Assembly: GCA_028534125.1 (NCBI GenBank) | Contig: CM052816.1 | Location: 75,022,001-75,086,000 of the forward strand | Source of the DNA: Lama glama | Taxonomy: Eukaryota | Direction: 5' to 3' | Length of the DNA: 64,000 nt | Shown here: piece after piece, positions 59,230 to 64,000 of the stretch | How the letters are laid out: each line of letters opens with the position of its first letter | Position numbering within the stretch: the first letter of the stretch is position 1 | Notes under the pieces: generated by a model | Seen by the model: only the letters and a program-made list of their open reading frames with translations | The model's database searches: none | Told to the model about the DNA's origin: nothing | Program-made: the position numbers and the translations under genes

Positions 59230-60470
59230 CTTCTTTTCTAAAAAAAAAGCATTAATGCTATAAATTTCTCTCTAAGCACTGTATTAGTGACATCTCACAA
59301 ATGTTTATATATTTTGTTTCATAATCACTCTCTTCAAAATATTTTCTAGTATCCCTTGTATTTTTTTCTCCATATCCTGTTAGTTATTTAGAAGTGTGTC
59401 ATTAAATTTCCAAACATTTGGTGATTTTCCACAAAACTAATTAACACAATGTTAATTTCTAGTTTAATTCTCTTGACGTCAGAGGACATACTTTGGTTTC
59501 TATCTTTTTAAGTCTGAGATGTATTTATAGCCTAGATATAGTCTATCTTAGTGACTGTTCCAGCTACATTTGAAAAGAATGTGTGTTCTGCTCTTGTTGA
59601 CTAGAGTGTTCTGTAACTGTCAGTTCAGGTAGGTAGACAGTGTTGTCTTCTGTGTCCTTTGTATCACTTACTGAGAGAGGAGACCCAAAATCTTCAGCTG
59701 TAATTGTGCGTTTGTCTATTTCTCTTTTCAGTTGTTGTATCAGTTTTTGCTTCATCTATTTAGAGCTCCATTACTAGTTACATCAGTAAACGTTTAAGTT
59801 TATGTTTTCTTAACAAATTGATTTTTTAAATCATATTTCTCTTTGTCTCTAGTAATATTTCTTATTCTGAAGTCTACTGTCTAATGTTAATATTGTCATT
59901 CTATATGTTATATCTCTTTTCATTCTTCTACCTGCAGCCTATTCATGTCTTTTATTTAAGTGAATTTTTGTAGTTATAAGTATATTGTAGGTTTTGCTCT
60001 TTTATCCAATCTTATAATCTCTGACCTTTAATTGAGGTTTAGACCATTTACGTTTAATGTAAACATCAGCATGGTTGAGTTTAAATCTATCAGCACATGA
60101 CTTTTTACCCCCATTTGCCCATCTTTTCTTTTTTTTCCCCCTTCTCTATTTTCTTTTGGGTTAGTTAAATATTTTTTATGATTCCATTTTACCCTCACTA
60201 TTGACTTATTTTCTAATTTTTTTAGTGGCTCTTCCAGAGTTTACAATATATATCTTTTAGTTATCACAATCTACTTGAAGTTGTATCACTTTACATATAT
60301 GAATCATACAACTGTAAACTTAATATCCTGTGTCCTTATCTTATTTGCTATTGTTAGTCATACATTTTATTCTGCATATGTTATAAACCCCATGATACTT
60401 TGTGATTATTTTTGCTCGAAATAGTCAGGTCTCTTTTAAAGAGATTGAAAATGAGAAAAAAAATTGTGTA
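59230..60470 (-). mobile_element. Old L1 fragment (ORF2 5' region)
   Basis: ORF 59564..59755(-) peptide MKQKLIQQLKREIDKRTITAEDFGSPLS resembles decayed L1 ORF2 endonuclease. Confidence 0.75.
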
Positions 60471-60984
60471 TTTTTATAATATAACTTATATATAAAATTG
60501 CTTATTTTGTCTATTTTTCCAATATATTTGCTCTTTCCTTCACTTTTCCTTTACATCGATTCAGATTGCCATCTTGGTATAAATCCCTAGCATTAGAATA
60601 TTTTGGTCGGTTTTTTAGGATTTTTGAAACATACTGAATTGCTGTCCAAAGAATTATCCCAACTTACACGCACACTGTTTCCACTCTATTGCCAGCACTG
60701 GTATCAGCTTTTTTTCTGCTCTGTTATTCTAGTCTATTATTTTGCATTTCTTTAAAATCTGCCATCTGGGACCGTTAAGGAGCAGGCAGTACTTCACTCT
60801 TCTGGAGGGGCACTTAATCCTCTTCTTTTGTTCTGGAGGCCTTCCTTTTAGCTTTTAGTACTTACTGTCTCTTATCATGTATTGTTCCAGTGCTGCTCTC
60901 CTTGGTCATTTTAAAAAACAGCATTCATGGTGACTATTCTCTGTTAGTGAATATGTCTTAAGAGACCAGCTATAACAAGCAAGC

Positions 60985-61004
60985 GTGTGTGTGTGTGTGT
61001 GTGT
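60985..61004. repeat. (GT)10 microsatellite
   Basis: Read directly from the sequence. Confidence 0.9.
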
Positions 61005-61492
61005 TTGTATCTGGTAGGTTGAACAAGCTCTATATATGGGATGAAATCAAAACACAGCAATTTTTATCTCCTATGTTGCCTTTAACTTTATTCAGCTAGG
61101 GAAGCTTTGCCTCTGCATGATGTGTTAGCTCATTCTCAGATACTAAGCTTTTAATTCACAAACTTAGTCTTGATTTTAGAATTAAAGGATCCACCCCAAA
61201 CAAGTGAACGGGGCTTCAGTGTGCATTCACAAGCATGACATCTCCTTTCACTGCTGTTTCCCAGCTACAGGCAGGACAGGCTGCCGCACTTGGGGAAGGT
61301 TGCTTAGTGTTGTTTTGTGTTTTCTCACCACTCACCTCCACCAACTCAGTTTGACACTCAGTAGGGTCAAAATTCGGGAGAATGGGAAGATGAGAAAATA
61401 GGGCAGAAAAGTTCTCACATAGCTGGTGGTTGGTAATGCTATGAGCTGCCTCCATGCTCTCTGGTCCTTTCAGATGTTTGAAGCTGATTCCT

Positions 61493-61516
61493 GTGTGTGT
61501 GTGTGTGTGTGTGTGT
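61493..61516. repeat. (GT)12 microsatellite
   Basis: Read directly from the sequence. Confidence 0.9.
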
Positions 61517-64000
61517 ATGTAGCGTCTTTGGAGACCCCCTCCTGGACTCCTTCTTCAGTGTCTACCTTGTTGGATGATGGCTAGATGGCTTTCCTGTGGT
61601 CCACCTCACACATAGATTCCCACTAGTAAGGCCCCCTCTTCCTTCTACAGCATCCTGTTGAGAGAATATTAAAGCATCTTCAGGCTGGCTTTCTCCCACA
61701 TGGCCCACATCTGGGAAGCACCCATACCTTTCTTGTCCCACCTTCAATAGTAGTGTAGTTACTTTCCCAGAGTGGCCACTTCAGCTTTCTCAGGTGGATG
61801 TCAGACATGCCATTCCCTAGCTGCTTCCTGGCTCTTCTTCTGAGGGTCGGATGTTCTCCTGTTGTCATCCAGGCTCTGTAAGATGTCAGTTGAGGGATAG
61901 CATACACTTGCCTGGGAGGAAGGGGTAGGATCACAGCCCAGTTTTCTTCGAAGTCCTTCATAACAGGGTCCTCTGTGGCTCACACTGTACTCCTTGATCT
62001 TGCCAAGGGACCCAGAAATCTTAGAACTTGTTTTTGACCATTTTCTCTGAAAATTCTTTCTCTGAGCATCTGACTTACGTGCTGGTATCTCATAGCTGTC
62101 ATATTTGAACACCAGTCAAAAGCAGGACAAAAAAATGTTCCAATCTAACATCCAGTTACTGCCGCTTTGGCTTGTCGGACTGTTTCCTTGCTGCCATTAT
62201 TTCTCCTTTGTAAGTTCATTTTCAGCTAAGCCTCCGTACATGTAGGGCTGTCTTCTATCTGTGGTTCCTGTGCATCAAGGTGATCCCCCCAGCCTTTTCT
62301 GTTCCCAGTTGCCCTGGGCAGAAGAGAAGACCATGGAAGAACCTAGCCAAGTCCTATTCATTCTACCAGAAATAAAAACTGCACAGGCCTGATAGACAGA
62401 CCTTTACTTCTCATGCCAATTAAAGTCACATTTAGTGCTTGCAGAATTTCTGAGAGCAAAGAATGATTTCTTTTTGTACTGCAATTTAACAAATGAACAT
62501 ACATTTTAAAAAAAAGACAACCTAGTATTAGAGAAATTTATGAATTTTAGAGTGTTATTAGGTACATAAGCTGTTTGTTGCTCTTTACTTGGAAGCTATA
62601 TTTGATTTTCCAAAAAAAAACTTAAATCTATGGCTATCTGGAAGACATTATGTTGAAAACTAACCCTTGGTTTTATTATTTACATCCAGTACTTTCCAGA
62701 CTGAAAGTGTATTTATTGACTAACATACTGACATATTTTATAAGGGAAATTCCTCTTACGTAGAGAAGGCTGTTGATGATTAAAAGCTATGATTAAGGTT
62801 TAAAAGCCACAGCTAAAGTATAAATCTAACATTTTTACAAGAAGGGAACTAGCGGCTCTTAAGCACATGCCATTGGAGATACTACGCTATTTATTTGTGT
62901 ATTTATTGTCATTTAATCCTTCTAACTTCATGAGTTAGCTATAACAAGCCCTGTTATTATAGACGAAGAGACTTAGGCCAAGAGAGTTAACTATTCAAGT
63001 TTACATACATAGCAAGTGAGGAAATGGGGATTTGATCACAGTATCCTTTGTTTTGCTGTTTTTGCATTCTGCCACAAGGTTCTTTTGGGGTGTATGTAAC
63101 TAATGCCTTTCATGATGGAAGCAAAACTACCAGCAAAATAAATCTCTTTACAGCATTTCTGAAAACTTGATAAAGAAAGTATTGGTTGGGTTAATGTTTA
63201 ATGCAACTAGAAGGATACATGCTTTTATGTACAATGCTAATTCAAGATGCGGGCTTTGGAAGGTGCTGGATTGACCGTTTGCATGTTCTTTCTTCTGCAT
63301 CTTATCATATTTTTAAGCTCTCACTCATTCTGAAGTCTCCACTGCCTAATCACATATAATTAACATAAATCCCATGTATGAAATTTTTTGTTTACCCATT
63401 TTGTTTTTATAATCTACCAACTGAAGAGTTCTTTGGAAGAGTTTATGTCCTCTAGGACTTTTATAATTTTAGCTTTTAATATTTCTTGAGTGGGAAACAC
63501 TGAAACATAACTGTAGATATATGGGAATCACTGTAAAGGGGAGTCCAAAAGAGGCTTTAAAAAAGATTAAAATTAAGATCAGAAAGAAACAATAGCAAAT
63601 TCATTGGCAAGTCAGCTCACTCAGCCTAGATCCCCACCAGTGTTAATCTTTTAGGTAAGCAAAAGGACATGAGAATGTGGAACTATTCTTTCTGGAATAT
63701 CTCAATTTTCAGTGATCTTAAAGAGATTTTGTCTTTTGATTGCTACCTGACTCTGTGTTTGCTTTGGAAAGGAAATATTTTCCTTCTTGCTGTGTTGCAT
63801 ATGATGTGTTTGTGAATACTCGCTTAGTTCTAAGAACTTTAACTGTTCGCTAGAACTCGGATGTCTTCAAACCAGAGACTGAAAGACCGAACGGTGAGCT
63901 AGACATCTGATTGATTCCAAGCCGTGGTGCTGCTTGACCTCCTGGCAGCTCTGTGAGAATTTGACCATATGCACTCCACCTTCTCTGGTGTTGAAAGGCA

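Noticed and set aside
59564..59755. Protein-coding ORF with endonuclease-like residues
   Set aside because: Decayed L1 ORF2 fragment with degenerate motif and flanking disruptions

Overview
Mammalian genomic DNA, not prokaryotic. The whole window lies inside OXCT1 (succinyl-CoA:3-oxoacid CoA-transferase, SCOT) on the + strand, from intron 3 to intron 13 (exon numbering by analogy to the human gene, from recall). Ten coding exons (4-13; 136, 150, 107, 61, 108, 115, 95, 49, 73 and 76 nt) splice into one open frame that includes the catalytic SENG glutamate. The protein looks artiodactyl, and the tRNA-derived SINEs suggest a camelid (inference). The rest is intron, rich in L1, L2, MIR, MLT and MER relics; almost all ORFs in the supplied track are spurious. 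I see no new multi-gene system. The most interesting signals are at the RNA-processing and retroposition level: a U12-type minor intron directly before the catalytic exon; inverted lineage-specific SINEs bracketing a 516-nt, in-frame, stop-free exon 8-13 block (back-splicing architecture); UG microsatellites at splice sites; a 5' splice site recreated at the exon 5/6 junction; a 92-bp EIF4A1-like retrocopy nested in a MER58; and a 5S rRNA fragment fused to a truncated L1. Repeat family names and the boundaries of old repeats come from recalled consensus sequences and are approximate.
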